From NCBI GenBank assembly GCA_963718565.1, contig OY970364.1:992001-1056000 (forward strand): DNA of 64,000 bases. Reading direction: 5' to 3'. A program made the position numbers and the translations under genes. Positions 40,833 to 51,229 of the stretch are shown here, piece after piece; the first letter of the stretch is position 1; the number at the start of each line of letters is the position of its first letter. Origin of the DNA: an uncultured Verrucomicrobiae bacterium (GTDB taxonomy: Bacteria; Chlamydiota; Chlamydiia; Chlamydiales; Rhabdochlamydiaceae). The notes under the pieces were generated by a model. It searched no databases and was not told where the DNA came from. It was given only the letters and a program-made list of their open reading frames with translations.

Positions 40833-41237
40833 TCATTCTTCTACTTCACTCCCCCACTCATCCTCTTCATCATCGTCTACCTCCCGCAGTTCAAAGGACC
40901 TGAAATAATCAGCAAGCCAAGAGTTTTGATACCTAAGCTCATCGTCCCTTTCTATTGCTTTTCGCATTGCGTCTTCATTGATGCCAACGATCAGATCTTT
41001 TTCCTCAATGCGAATGCCTCCGGGAAGAAAAACAGGCAGTTTCTCATTGGGATCCCAAGCATCGATGTAATAATACAATGGCACTGAGAGTTCAATGCGC
41101 CCAAGTGAGGGGGAATCTGTGGACTGATCAGGAGGCTCTTGAGTTTCGGCACACAAGAGCTGAAAAAATTCTGAAAGAAACAGCATGGAAGAAATACATT
41201 TCATCGCGCTTCTCGATCTTTTTTCCATGATACTCAA
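40833..41237 (-). CDS. Hypothetical acidic protein
   Basis: 134-aa ORF, possible signal peptide from MKCISS, acidic tail. Confidence 0.55.
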   Translation of the reverse strand: MSIMEKRSRSAMKCISSMLFLSEFFQLLCAETQEPPDQSTDSPSLGRIELSVPLYYYIDAWDPNEKLPVFLPGGIRIEEKDLIVGINEDAMRKAIERDDELRYQNSWLADYFRSFELREVDDDEEDEWGSEVEE

Positions 41238-41485
41238 ACCAACTCATGCCCCTCGCAGTTCGTTCACTACTTTCTGGTGTAAGTGATGCCAGTGTTGTGC
41301 TCGAAAGGCAATTTTATTAAATCACACGGTTAACCCGCAACAGCCTTTACTAAGTGTAGAAGGAATTTGGGGTCCGTCTAAACAGCGGAGCCCTCTTTTT
41401 TTTTGCCCTGAAAAATTCTCGAACTCTTTTCTCAACTTTTCTCTGCACTGCAGTTTTTCCACATGATTTTTTTGTCTCTAAAAGA

Positions 41486-44400
41486 CTAAAAAAACTTGCC
41501 GATTTTGCCAAGGAGTTCGTTTGAGGTATAACCACTGCCAAATTCGCCAGTATATTCTGCGCTAAAAAACCAGCCCTGTTTTTCCCTAAAGAAAATCTCA
41601 AGACCTGGAGAAAATTGATGCTGGTCTTTTTTAAATGTGGTGACTGTGAATCCAGGCGCTTCTCCAACGATGGCGATATCAGGTAACTTGCCGATATGGA
41701 ATGCCTTTTTGTTCACATAGCTCGCTGACTGGCGAAAAATCAAAATTCCCCAGCTGCCTTGCCAAGTTTCGTAGGCATTTAAACCCATCTCGCTGCGCAA
41801 CATCGAGGAGTTATGGCTGCGAAACTTCATGTTCAAAGGAGCTGCGCCCCGCTCAGAAAACCCTTGCTGCATGATGTAGACCCAGTCCAAACGCGCGAAA
41901 GGTTCAATGACCCCCCAGTTGAAATTGACATCGTAGCCAAAGCCGAGATGAGGAGCGACCTGCCAGCCATGAGATACTCCCTTGGCTCGTTCATTAAACC
42001 CAGGAAAAGTGATATGCCGTTTACTTTCATAGTGGTCATAAGCTGCTAAAAAACCGAGATCGATGTAGAAATCATCGACATAGCCACTGCCGTATACCAT
42101 AGCGCTATAAATATCGATTAAACCAGAGCCTGCATCGTGGTCATCTTTGACGTGACTTCTGGCGTATCCGACGGCTGCTCCCAGTTGTCCATTTTTAGCT
42201 CCTAGATAATCCATTCCAAAGAGAGCGCCTCCAGTCCAAAAATCAAAGCCGGGATTTTGACTTTGCGCATCTTGATGCGCCCACTCCCCAAGGCCGCCAA
42301 GCCAAAGATCATAGTGGTCCTGTTCTTTTGCGAGGTTAGCAGCGTGTCCGGCGGCAGGAGCTGGACTTTGCGCAGTTTGCAAAGACCATTCTCCAACTCC
42401 TTCTATCCACATCTCGCAAGCAGCATCGCCATCTCCTTCTGCAAAACTCTCAGAGGAGCAAACGAACAACTCCTGTAATTCCTGTCTTTTTTGTTGTTGA
42501 AAGAGATCCGCTGCGAGAAGAGGAGATTCATTCTGCCGATCGAGTTTTTTCTGTGAAAAGATCGTCGCAATCGCTTCTGGATGTCTTTTTTGCATGCTGT
42601 GCAAAATACGCTGACTTGAAAGCCTAGAAGAAAAAGGCCCCATCAAAGCAAACGTTGTATTTGCTGTCACATAAGTTAAAAAGGAGTTTCGTGAAGGAGA
42701 AATGCTGTTCAAAGCAGACTTCAGTTGATCTGACGATAAATCAAAGAGCTGCATCAAGACCGTTTGCAGCGCTGGTTGATCTCTTAAAAAATTGAGATAA
42801 TCAGCCACAGCAGCAGCATTTCCTGAAATTCCAGGATAAGTGAGGATGAGCTGTTTTAACAGGAATTGTACAGAAGTATCCGTATAGCTTAGGGCATAAG
42901 TGAAGCCAATAGGAAGGTCGATAGCAATATTGCTAAACGTTCCGGTGATGGAGCTCGCATTTAAAAAAGGAAAATCGACAGAAATAGGATAGGTTCCGGG
43001 ATCCAAAATGACGTTTAGCGTTCCATTTAACGACGCTGAACCTGTGACTTGATATACGGAAGAAGCTAAGGGGCTCAACTCGAGATTTGTGATACTCCCA
43101 CTAGATAGATTTAAATCGCCATTAATCGCTATTGTACCGATCGAATTCCCTGCATACATGGAGCCACCGCTATCTACTGTTACAGATCCACCGATTGTGC
43201 CTATACCTCCTAAGGTCGCTCCACTACTCACAAGCACCGAACCCATGACCAGCCCGTTGACAGAGAGCCTTCCGCTGCTGATGGTTGTCAACCCCGTGTA
43301 CGTATTCGTTCCACCTAAGATCAATGTCCCCGTTCCACTTTTAATGAGCTGGCCAGCTCCGCTGATTCCCCCTTCAAAAGTAGACGATGCATCCCCACTA
43401 AGAATTAACGTACTCGCACTATTTGTGAGTACAGCGGATCCCGAAGTCCCGACAAGCGAGCTGATGGTTAAGCTATACCCCGTCAGACCCAACGTAGCTC
43501 CTGCTGCCGCCAGATCTACTTGCGTACTTGAAGGAAGAGCATTGGAACTGCCCATTTTTAAAGTGCCGCCATTCACCGTCGTGCTTCCCGAATAACTGTT
43601 TGTAACCGATGGCGCCAGAACTAAAGTCCCCATTCCACTCTTTGTCACTCCTCCTGCACCCTCCATATTGCCTAGAAGAGTAAGGGTGGAAGAGGAAGCG
43701 GGAACATCGAACATTCCCGATTCTGTTAAAGTGATCTCCTGCGTAAGGGAAAGCGTATTTGTCGCTTGGAGTATCCCCCCATTAAAGATCAAAGGGTTTG
43801 AGGATGCGCCTAGGTTATCCGCTATGGAAATGCTGACAACTCCCCCACTGAAAGAGGTCCCTCCCGAGTAAAAATTAGATCCAGAAAGAGTAAAAGTGCC
43901 TCCTCCCTGTTTAATCAATGCACCCGCGCCTGAAATCGCGCCGGCAAAATTCGTATTGGTATTGTCGCCTCCAGTGGTCAGCGTGCCTGCTCCCAATGTC
44001 ACTGTCGCCGCCGATGCGCCGCTAAGAGAAGCTATTGTTTGATTGAAGCCATTCAGATTGAGGATAGACGTTCCCGAAAGAGCAATCGTGCTTTGGCTAG
44101 AAAAAGCATCATTTACCGCTGCCTGCAGAGTCCCACTGGAGACCGTAGTACTCCCCGAATACGCATTTGCACTCGATGCGGCAGCAAAGATCAGTGTTCC
44201 CCCTCCCAGCTTTGTGATCCCCCCAGAGCCTGTGATCTCACTTTGAAGTGTCAAATTATTGCCATTCGTATCAATAGAAGAATTAGGATTGGATGTGCTT
44301 AAATCCCGTGTAGAAGAAAGAGCAATAGATCCCCCTGCTTGTAAAGTTCCTCCTGCAAGGGTTACAGGACCAGATATACTGCCCAGCACAGCATCAGCGC

Positions 44401-45907
44401 TTGCACTCAGTATCCCATTTGTGATCGTCGTCCCCCCTTGATAAGTATTGCTCGTAGAAGTGAGCGCGATCACACTTGCGCCTTGAGACAAGTTGATGTT
44501 AATCCCTGCATCTTGGTTGCTGCCTGTAGCGGCGGTATCCGATTGAATGGCAAAAGAGATTGTGGAGTTATTAGCACCTGCAAATTCAAGGGAAGCTTCC
44601 CTAAATAAAAACAGATTATTTGCCAGTGCGCTACCGCTTTGAGCAGTCGTCGATCCCCCCGTCCCTCCAGAGCCGCCAGTTACCGTATTGCTAGATACAC
44701 TGACTCCATCATCTATCACAAGCATCGCCCCGTCGCCGACAAAAATCCCACCGCCAATTCCTGCTCCGCCACCACCGCCACCTGCAATGCTTGGACTCGT
44801 CGATCCATTAGCACCCCTTCCTCCATACGATCCTCCACTTCCTCCCATCGCTGGGTTGAAAGCACCTCCGCCGCCTCCTCCGCCACCAAAGCCGCCTCCC
44901 CCTCCGCCACCATTATCCGAACCACCCGAACCGCCACCGCCTCCTCCGCCCAAACCAGCGCCACCGCCGCCGACGGCATCGGACGTACTGCCGGCAAGTC
45001 CCCCTACACCTCCGCTACCATAACCTCCGCCGCCGCCAGCAGGATTCGTAGGGATAGGGAGGTTTCCATTTCCTCCTCCATTTCCACCGCCGCCACCACC
45101 TCCGATGCCGGCACCTCCGCCCCCTCCACAGTACCCTCCGCTCGCGCCATTCCCTCCCGTTGCAGATTGTCCGCTGCCATTACCTCCGCCGGATCCTCCT
45201 GTTCCAGATGTCCCCGCGTTCCCGCCAGCTCCACCTCCATATCCGATGTTTCCTTCACTGATGCCACCTCCTGTGGCTCCGCTGCCTGCATGGTCACCGC
45301 CCGCTGCACCGGAACTATTTTGCCCATTTTTATTCCCAATCGTCCAACTCGCGCCGCCACCGCCGCCTCCTTGCAATGTCGTGGGTGATGAAGATCCATT
45401 GCCGCCGCTACCACCCTCTGCCAGACAAGAGGTGATAGAAGTATTGCCAAGCGTGAGCGTTTGTCCAAGATCTACATAAATACCCCCACCCGCCCCGAGC
45501 CCTCCTCCCCCAGCGCCAGAATCTTTTGCCCCATTTCCTCCATTGCCCCCTTTTGCCAGTCCCTCTGTCAGCACGAGATTTTGCAGATTTAACGAAGCCT
45601 GAAAAGTCGCAAAAAGGCGATAGCTATTGCTAGCGCCACTGATCATCTGTCCTGCATTTGTGGAAGTGATCATCACATTTTTTTGAATCACTGGCAGATC
45701 GGAAGCGAGTAAAATCGTCGCCGCGCCCGGAATGGTTATCGTAATCGTATTGCTAGAATCCGTTGAGCTATTCAAAGACGTGATGGCCGTGCGCAAGCTG
45801 CCCGCGCCACTATCCGCATTTGTTATGACGGAAAAAGAAGCAGCGGACAGAGTTTGAACGATGAAAAGACAAAACAGCGCCCCTACTACTTTTATCTGAT
45901 ACTGCAT
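41486..45907 (-). CDS. Autotransporter with a Gly-rich region and passenger-associated beta-strand repeats
   Basis: Signal peptide, DSGAGSLRTAI, poly-Gly tract, repeated K.GxGTL.L...NxYxGxT, C-terminal beta-barrel ending in F. Confidence 0.93.
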   Translation of the reverse strand: MQYQIKVVGALFCLFIVQTLSAASFSVITNADSGAGSLRTAITSLNSSTDSSNTITITIPGAATILLASDLPVIQKNVMITSTNAGQMISGASNSYRLFATFQASLNLQNLVLTEGLAKGGNGGNGAKDSGAGGGGLGAGGGIYVDLGQTLTLGNTSITSCLAEGGSGGNGSSSPTTLQGGGGGGASWTIGNKNGQNSSGAAGGDHAGSGATGGGISEGNIGYGGGAGGNAGTSGTGGSGGGNGSGQSATGGNGASGGYCGGGGGAGIGGGGGGGNGGGNGNLPIPTNPAGGGGGYGSGGVGGLAGSTSDAVGGGGAGLGGGGGGGSGGSDNGGGGGGGFGGGGGGGGAFNPAMGGSGGSYGGRGANGSTSPSIAGGGGGGAGIGGGIFVGDGAMLVIDDGVSVSSNTVTGGSGGTGGSTTAQSGSALANNLFLFREASLEFAGANNSTISFAIQSDTAATGSNQDAGININLSQGASVIALTSTSNTYQGGTTITNGILSASADAVLGSISGPVTLAGGTLQAGGSIALSSTRDLSTSNPNSSIDTNGNNLTLQSEITGSGGITKLGGGTLIFAAASSANAYSGSTTVSSGTLQAAVNDAFSSQSTIALSGTSILNLNGFNQTIASLSGASAATVTLGAGTLTTGGDNTNTNFAGAISGAGALIKQGGGTFTLSGSNFYSGGTSFSGGVVSISIADNLGASSNPLIFNGGILQATNTLSLTQEITLTESGMFDVPASSSTLTLLGNMEGAGGVTKSGMGTLVLAPSVTNSYSGSTTVNGGTLKMGSSNALPSSTQVDLAAAGATLGLTGYSLTISSLVGTSGSAVLTNSASTLILSGDASSTFEGGISGAGQLIKSGTGTLILGGTNTYTGLTTISSGRLSVNGLVMGSVLVSSGATLGGIGTIGGSVTVDSGGSMYAGNSIGTIAINGDLNLSSGSITNLELSPLASSVYQVTGSASLNGTLNVILDPGTYPISVDFPFLNASSITGTFSNIAIDLPIGFTYALSYTDTSVQFLLKQLILTYPGISGNAAAVADYLNFLRDQPALQTVLMQLFDLSSDQLKSALNSISPSRNSFLTYVTANTTFALMGPFSSRLSSQRILHSMQKRHPEAIATIFSQKKLDRQNESPLLAADLFQQQKRQELQELFVCSSESFAEGDGDAACEMWIEGVGEWSLQTAQSPAPAAGHAANLAKEQDHYDLWLGGLGEWAHQDAQSQNPGFDFWTGGALFGMDYLGAKNGQLGAAVGYARSHVKDDHDAGSGLIDIYSAMVYGSGYVDDFYIDLGFLAAYDHYESKRHITFPGFNERAKGVSHGWQVAPHLGFGYDVNFNWGVIEPFARLDWVYIMQQGFSERGAAPLNMKFRSHNSSMLRSEMGLNAYETWQGSWGILIFRQSASYVNKKAFHIGKLPDIAIVGEAPGFTVTTFKKDQHQFSPGLEIFFREKQGWFFSAEYTGEFGSGYTSNELLGKIGKFF

Positions 45908-46079
45908 ATGACTCTATTTCTAAAACAATCCATAACATGTAACAGGATTAAACTTAACGGATTTTAGTGGACTCTATTCAATCATTTTTCTCATGATCTA
46001 CATCTATGCGACTCTGGTGGTTTTTACTTTCCAGATAATTCTCGACTTCTTGTCCTGATTGGCATGAAAATGGAGTTTA

Positions 46080-46253
46080 TATACCCAAACAACTTGAAAA
46101 ATTGGTTTTTGACTGCGTCGGCAGCCATTGCCTTTGAGCCCGCGTCCATCGCACAACTTATTCAAGTTGTGCTGCTTCCGCGCCGGCTTCGCCTGCCTCA
46201 AATGCAGGGCGCCTTCTTGCCAAATTCCCAGTTTTTCAAGTTGTTTGGGTATA
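46080..46253. repeat. TA-flanked palindromic element (family B1 variant)
   Basis: TATACCCAAACAACTTGAAAAA / TTTTTCAAGTTGTTTGGGTATA; same central hairpin as 20118-20290. Confidence 0.92.
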
Positions 46254-46294
46254 GCAAGAATTTTGTAATTGCCTGTAGGCACAAAAACGAAGCT

Positions 46295-46405
46295 GATTAT
46301 GAAAGTGCTATTGGATGGGCATCGCAAACAGCTCTGCGCGATGTGATTGGAAAGACGATGTTTTCCGACATGCTTGAGAGACGCAGTAAAATTAGCGGAG
46401 ATCTT
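46295..46405 (+). pseudogene. SPFH/band-7 (slipin-like) gene fragment
   Basis: DYESAIGWASQTALRDVIGKTMFSDMLERRSKISGDL. Confidence 0.65.
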
Positions 46406-46712
46406 GCTGGGATGACAGCATTGACTATGGGCTTGGAGCAAAAGCCACCCGGCAATGCAAAAAAAGATGAGATAGAAAATAAGAACCGCAGGGAACCGTG
46501 AATTTACTAAATCATTTCGCAACGGTATGCTCCTCATCATCCTAAAAAGCTTACTTCGTGGTGTCGTCTGAAACAGCTCAGCCATCCCCTTTTGATTCAG
46601 CCAAACAGTCTCCTCTTGAAGATGGACTTCAATACGCTGGCAACCGTCTTATTATAAAACCTACCATACAAAACTGTGTGAAAAAGATCAAACTGCGGAT
46701 AAGGAATCTCCC

Positions 46713-46937
46713 ATGAGCCGTTCTAGAAAAAAGAACCCCATTATTTCTATAGCTTGTTGCGGTAAAGGCACTGGAATGCGATCCGCTAAACGAAAGGCAA
46801 ACCGAAGGCTCCGAAGACATTTGAATCAAACCCTCGACACTGAATATGCTAAAAAATTCAAACAATTTGAAGAAAGGTGGTCTTGGCCTGACGATGGCAA
46901 GCAATGGTGGGAGGATCAGAAGGCTTATAGAAAATGA
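46713..46937 (+). CDS. Small basic hypothetical protein
   Basis: AAGGA RBS; MSRSRKKNP..KRKANRRLRR..WSWPDDGK. Confidence 0.7.
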   Translation: MSRSRKKNPIISIACCGKGTGMRSAKRKANRRLRRHLNQTLDTEYAKKFKQFEERWSWPDDGKQWWEDQKAYRK

Positions 46938-46997
46938 CCTTGGTTTATCTAGAACCCTGTTCCTTTTCTCCGGCAATGAGTCAAGGGCAACCCAAAA

Positions 46998-47010
46998 TGG
47001 CGCACCCTAG
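46998..47010 (-). other. Possible att core: tRNA 3'-end remnant
   Basis: Minus strand CTAGGGTGCGCCA resembles a tRNA-Arg acceptor end with CCA; the rest of the tRNA is absent. Confidence 0.35.
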
Positions 47011-47059
47011 TCTCTTGCTCTCGGCTTACTTGCGATTGAAAAATGAGATACGGCACCGC

Positions 47060-47272
47060 TTAGACATTTTTTAATACTCTGAAATCGACAGGTGAAGTCA
47101 AAATCAAATATTTACCCGGCTTTTCAGGCTTTCCCTTGATAGATATCGCTTGATCATCCCTGTGTGCATCACAAGCAAGCCGATAGTCTTCTTGGGATAA
47201 TACCGCGCGAATCTGGCAAGGCCTGCCTTTTTCAGTCTCCCACTCGATAACAATTGTTCCGTAGAGTTCCAT
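47060..47272 (-). pseudogene. C-terminal fragment of a hypothetical protein
   Basis: 70-aa beta-rich fragment (LSQEDYRLACDAH..ISIKG); begins exactly at a duplicated 18-bp motif. Confidence 0.5.
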
Positions 47273-47429
47273 AACATGTAACAGGGCAAAGCTTAAGGAA
47301 TTAGAGAATTTTCTTCAATGTAGAAATCCGTGAAGTCCCGTGTGGTTTTGTGGGCCAATGCAGCAATAATGCAGCATTTAGGCGATCGATTGCTATTTTT
47401 AGAGCCCAGGGGTTATCCAGTGTCATTTT

Positions 47430-48206
47430 CTAAAACCGATACCCGAATATGAGACGAGTTCCATAAATGTTTTGAACTTCCGCAAAGGTAAGCTTGAGGA
47501 AATAGGGTTCAAGCTGAATATCCCACCTCTTCTTAGAACCAACTCGCCAAATCAGAGGGATTCCAATTTCCCCTCCCCATAAACCATTATGAGTGACCCG
47601 TTTCAATCTCAAGAATCTCCATTTTTCCTCTCTATACATGGAGCCGAATATCTTAAAATTTACGCCAAGGTTAAAGCTCTTTGAAAGTTCATATTGAGAG
47701 CGAACCCCTCCGCCTAAATAGGAGATGCTTTCATCAAAATGGTGATGATCACTACCACTGCCAAAACTATTTTCTCCGATGCATAAAAAGGGCGTTGTTA
47801 ACCATCGAGGTGTAGAAATAGTATATCCAAACCGCATTTCAAGATTGCCAAAACCGGTTCTTCCATCACTCTGAGGAAAGCCCCCTCCCTTAAACGATTC
47901 ATGAAACCCGTGATTCGCGCCGGCAACCAGAATGTCTATTCCAAAATAAAAAGCATCAGGTTTTAAGTACTCATATCCGATTTTCAAACCTAAAAAAAAT
48001 TTAGCACCATGAACCCTTACACCATTAAAATGGCTATTCAGATCTAGACAAAAAACTTCCGGACCAAAGTAAATGAAATTTGGATTTTTTCGAAAGGTTG
48101 ACACCATATCCGTCTTAGTCTCTTCGCCAAGCTTGGTCTCTACGCAATATAGACTAAGGCTAGTGGCGATCGTTAAAACATTAAACGATAATAATATTTT
48201 ATTCAT
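47430..48206 (-). CDS. Outer-membrane beta-barrel protein
   Basis: Signal peptide, alternating aromatic strands, C-terminal GYRF. Confidence 0.75.
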   Translation of the reverse strand: MNKILLSFNVLTIATSLSLYCVETKLGEETKTDMVSTFRKNPNFIYFGPEVFCLDLNSHFNGVRVHGAKFFLGLKIGYEYLKPDAFYFGIDILVAGANHGFHESFKGGGFPQSDGRTGFGNLEMRFGYTISTPRWLTTPFLCIGENSFGSGSDHHHFDESISYLGGGVRSQYELSKSFNLGVNFKIFGSMYREEKWRFLRLKRVTHNGLWGGEIGIPLIWRVGSKKRWDIQLEPYFLKLTFAEVQNIYGTRLIFGYRF

Positions 48207-48295
48207 ATAACCGATTTAATTGTTAATACTATTTGTTGTTCATTTGATTGTGATAGTATCTGAACTCATCGTAACTCTGGGGTGTAATCTTTCTT

Positions 48296-49714
48296 TCAGA
48301 AATTCACAACATTACCAGTAAAAAATCCAGTATGATCCAGTCCCCCATTATCTAGAGGCAGCTGCCCTCGTTTTTTCTTCCGTTTCCTAAAAGGATTAAA
48401 GAGCTGACGCCTTTGCGAATAAATTGTCTCGCCAATATTCATTGCGGCCCACGCTTTCACTTGTTTTTTGTTACAGGTTCCTAGTGCTGCTTGAACAGTT
48501 TCTAAGTCTAACTTTCCCAGACAGGCGGCCAATGACAGCACAAAAGGGGTAAATCCGTCCTTTGAGTCTTCATCCATCAATTGCTTTAACTTACCAAAAC
48601 TAGACTCAATAATTTCTGTGCTACCTAAAGCCACTTGATCGAGGTCTTTTGTCTGATCAATCACGAAATCAAGGATACTGCCTGCAAACTGATCAGCACG
48701 GACCCCTACTTGCAGGTTCTGTAGCTCTTTTTCCAACTCCTCTGCAGTTTTGTTGTGGAGGTGTTCTGTTCGAATTTTTTGTCTTACGATTCTCCCAATG
48801 AGCAACATCTCGGATATTTCCTTGATCATAGGCTCACTGGATCTGACCCATCCAAATTGCTCAAGCAATTCCCTCAAGTCCGCCTCGCTCTTTTCGACCT
48901 CACAATTCTTCTGTTCTATTTTTTTCTGATGTTCATTTTCCATTTTTTTGAGGTGATCTAGAATTTTATTTGCCCAGCCGGTTAGTTCGTCAAGATTCAT
49001 ATATCTAGCTTTACTCCTCTGACTCGGAGGGCATAGTGCTGCCCATTTCGTCCATTGGAGTTTCTGCTTCATCTGAGAGGCTTTCGACGCAAATTCTGTC
49101 CATTCAAGTTCCGCAGCTTCCACCCCCAACAAGTTGGCTATTTTGTGAGCAATATCATTCATTACGGGAATTTTTCTGCCTTCGGCTTCTTGGACGCTCT
49201 GCGTATACAATCTGGTTGCAGATACAATATCCGATCCTTGATCATGACAAAATTGTCTGTATTGACCTACTGTCTCTTCACTTTTCTTGAGAATCTCATA
49301 GATGATTGGGCCACTTGTTTTTTCCAAAACCTCCAGGTGCAGAACGTGTACGTCTTCAAATGTCAATGCCTTAGCTTTCAAAAAAGTCGTAGCCCGTACG
49401 CCCAGAATCAAAAGACATTTTTTTGAGCCAATCTGAATAGATAAATCGATCATCCCAATCCAATCATTTGATTTCTGAATTGAGGTCAGCTTGTAATAAC
49501 CCACCTGCAAGATCCAATCGCGAATCGCAGTATGAGAGGGCATTTTGCATTGTAGCCAAAAATAACAGCGAATGAACGCCTCTCTGGCTCCGCGAAGGCT
49601 TAGTCCTCCTGAAAGAATCAATAGGAGCGATATCAGGATAACAGTTGCCGAATAGCGCCGACGAGGGATTTTTTTGTCTTGTTCCCCCGGGAGGCTTGTT
49701 GCTGCATCTGCCAT
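48296..49714 (-). CDS. Transposase ORF B (DDE-like)
   Basis: IDLSIQIG, HDQGSD, NDIAHKIA, GSTEIIESSFGKLK; lies inside the inverted repeats. Confidence 0.8.
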   Translation of the reverse strand: MADAATSLPGEQDKKIPRRRYSATVILISLLLILSGGLSLRGAREAFIRCYFWLQCKMPSHTAIRDWILQVGYYKLTSIQKSNDWIGMIDLSIQIGSKKCLLILGVRATTFLKAKALTFEDVHVLHLEVLEKTSGPIIYEILKKSEETVGQYRQFCHDQGSDIVSATRLYTQSVQEAEGRKIPVMNDIAHKIANLLGVEAAELEWTEFASKASQMKQKLQWTKWAALCPPSQRSKARYMNLDELTGWANKILDHLKKMENEHQKKIEQKNCEVEKSEADLRELLEQFGWVRSSEPMIKEISEMLLIGRIVRQKIRTEHLHNKTAEELEKELQNLQVGVRADQFAGSILDFVIDQTKDLDQVALGSTEIIESSFGKLKQLMDEDSKDGFTPFVLSLAACLGKLDLETVQAALGTCNKKQVKAWAAMNIGETIYSQRRQLFNPFRKRKKKRGQLPLDNGGLDHTGFFTGNVVNF

Positions 49715-50010
49715 TTTTTTTTAAGTTCTTCGAACTCTTTAGCATGGGTAACAGCCTCTTGTTCGCGTAATTTTCTTTCTGCCTCGATCAAAGCCTCTTT
49801 TTCTGCGATTTCATTTTTTAAGGCTTTATTTTCTTGAGTTTTTTCTTCACACTTCTTTTTCCACTGGGCTCTACTGTGCTCAAGATCTAATGCTTTACCC
49901 TCTAGTGCCTTAATTTTTTCTGCTTTCTCGCGATTTCTCGCTTTGAATTCATCGCGACTCTCGCAAAGACGATGGCTTCGCTTACGCCAATCTCGTGATG
50001 GAACATTCAT
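49633..50010 (-). CDS. Transposase ORF A (coiled coil)
   Basis: SRDEFKAR..LEHSRAQWK; overlaps ORF B at an A9 run. Confidence 0.75.
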   Translation of the reverse strand: MNVPSRDWRKRSHRLCESRDEFKARNREKAEKIKALEGKALDLEHSRAQWKKKCEEKTQENKALKNEIAEKEALIEAERKLREQEAVTHAKEFEELKKKWQMQQQASRGNKTKKSLVGAIRQLLS

Positions 50011-50300
50011 AGAGCTGCTCTCCTAAAATTAAGACGAGCCATTTTGCATGATTGTTTTAACAGAGTCAAAAAAATTTCCTTAGAAGAGAATTTTCAATAT
50101 CCCCCTACAAAGTATTGCATCAATAAAGCCCGATACATCGAGAGCGGCTCTTCCTGAGCCGATCTCGATGTATCGGAACAGCGCCGTAGGACGCTGGGAA
50201 TATAACTGGGATGAGTCAGAGGGTTTAATATCAGAGGGGGGATGTTACCGTTTCTTGCCGGAATTGTTGCTCAGAGAAAATTTCAAATATGGATCAAAGT

Positions 50301-51056
50301 TTACACCCCATCGTAACTCATGCCATTGTATTGGCTACTTTTTTTCCATTTGTTATAAGCCTCTTTGATATCATTGGCTCCTTTGATTATTTTTAAAACA
50401 GTGTCAATCCAATCTTTTACTTCCAAACACCATTTTGTGAATTTTTTCCAAAATGATTTATGCTTACAAAATTCGATTGAATAATCATCTTGAGCGCTGC
50501 TGAATAATAAATCGCCACCTAATGGTAGCGGGTCAGCGAATTGAAATGCGGGCAACAGTTCCTCAGCCATATCTTCGACCAGGGAAAATAAAAGCTCTCT
50601 TATTTCGGATGAAGGAGCAAGAATGGCTAAATTTTGCAAAAATTGTAGAGCAACTTTAGATTCTTCATATGTCGTCTGACTGCATTCATCTTTTTCAGAA
50701 GGAAGATCATCCCCATCATCGTATTCATTGAAATTTAGAAATAATGAGCCTATGGCTTGTTTGCATTGATCATGAAATCCCAAGCAGTCATACGCGATCA
50801 CTTGACCGAAGGTGATTAGAAATCCAATAGGGCAAGAGGAGCTGTCGGATTTGTCCAGAAGTGAATTAGCTCTTTGAAACTGCTCTAGGGCTTTCCATGG
50901 TTCATGTGATAGTAGATGAACGTTCCCATAGCTAAAGTACAATAAGGCTTCATTTTGCCATTCTTGTAGCGGATAATGAAATTCATTAGAAGTTTCCTCC
51001 GAAAAGATCGGTAATCCAGTGATGAAGAGCAGTGCTGAGATCATCCATTTGATCAT
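50301..51056 (-). CDS. Secreted hypothetical protein; original C-terminus displaced to 48229-48268 by the IS
   Basis: GGAGG RBS, signal peptide; removing the IS restores ...GMSYDEFRYYHNQMNNK*. Confidence 0.8.
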   Translation of the reverse strand: MIKWMISALLFITGLPIFSEETSNEFHYPLQEWQNEALLYFSYGNVHLLSHEPWKALEQFQRANSLLDKSDSSSCPIGFLITFGQVIAYDCLGFHDQCKQAIGSLFLNFNEYDDGDDLPSEKDECSQTTYEESKVALQFLQNLAILAPSSEIRELLFSLVEDMAEELLPAFQFADPLPLGGDLLFSSAQDDYSIEFCKHKSFWKKFTKWCLEVKDWIDTVLKIIKGANDIKEAYNKWKKSSQYNGMSYDGV

Positions 51057-51229
51057 ATTCGGCCTCCGTAAAGAATAAAAAATTTAAAGCCACATTAGAA
51101 TCTGAAGTGGATAAATGGTCAAGGAAAAGTTTTTTATCGTCTCGATACTTTCTAGTGAGCTTTGGAGCGTGAACGGTAATTTTCAGGAAAGATTCTTTTA
51201 CAGTAGAGAGAAGTTCATTGGCCAGATTA

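Larger units (their letters stand above)
48278..50310 (-). mobile_element. 2033-bp IS, family not assigned, two ORFs joined by a probable -1 frameshift
   Basis: Terminal inverted repeats TGGGGTGTAA/TTACACCCCA; target duplication TCGTAACTC at 48269-48277 and 50311-50319. Confidence 0.9.

Noticed and set aside
44639..45479. Pro-rich and Ala/Ser-rich ORFs
   Set aside because: Antisense or alternate frames of the Gly-rich autotransporter segment
6667..46253. CRISPR array
   Set aside because: The repeats are dispersed palindromes, not regularly spaced direct repeats with unique spacers; the Cas4-like gene has no cas neighbours
46004..46585. 193-aa minus ORF and 145-aa plus ORF as real genes
   Set aside because: Largely made of a palindromic element plus an SPFH fragment
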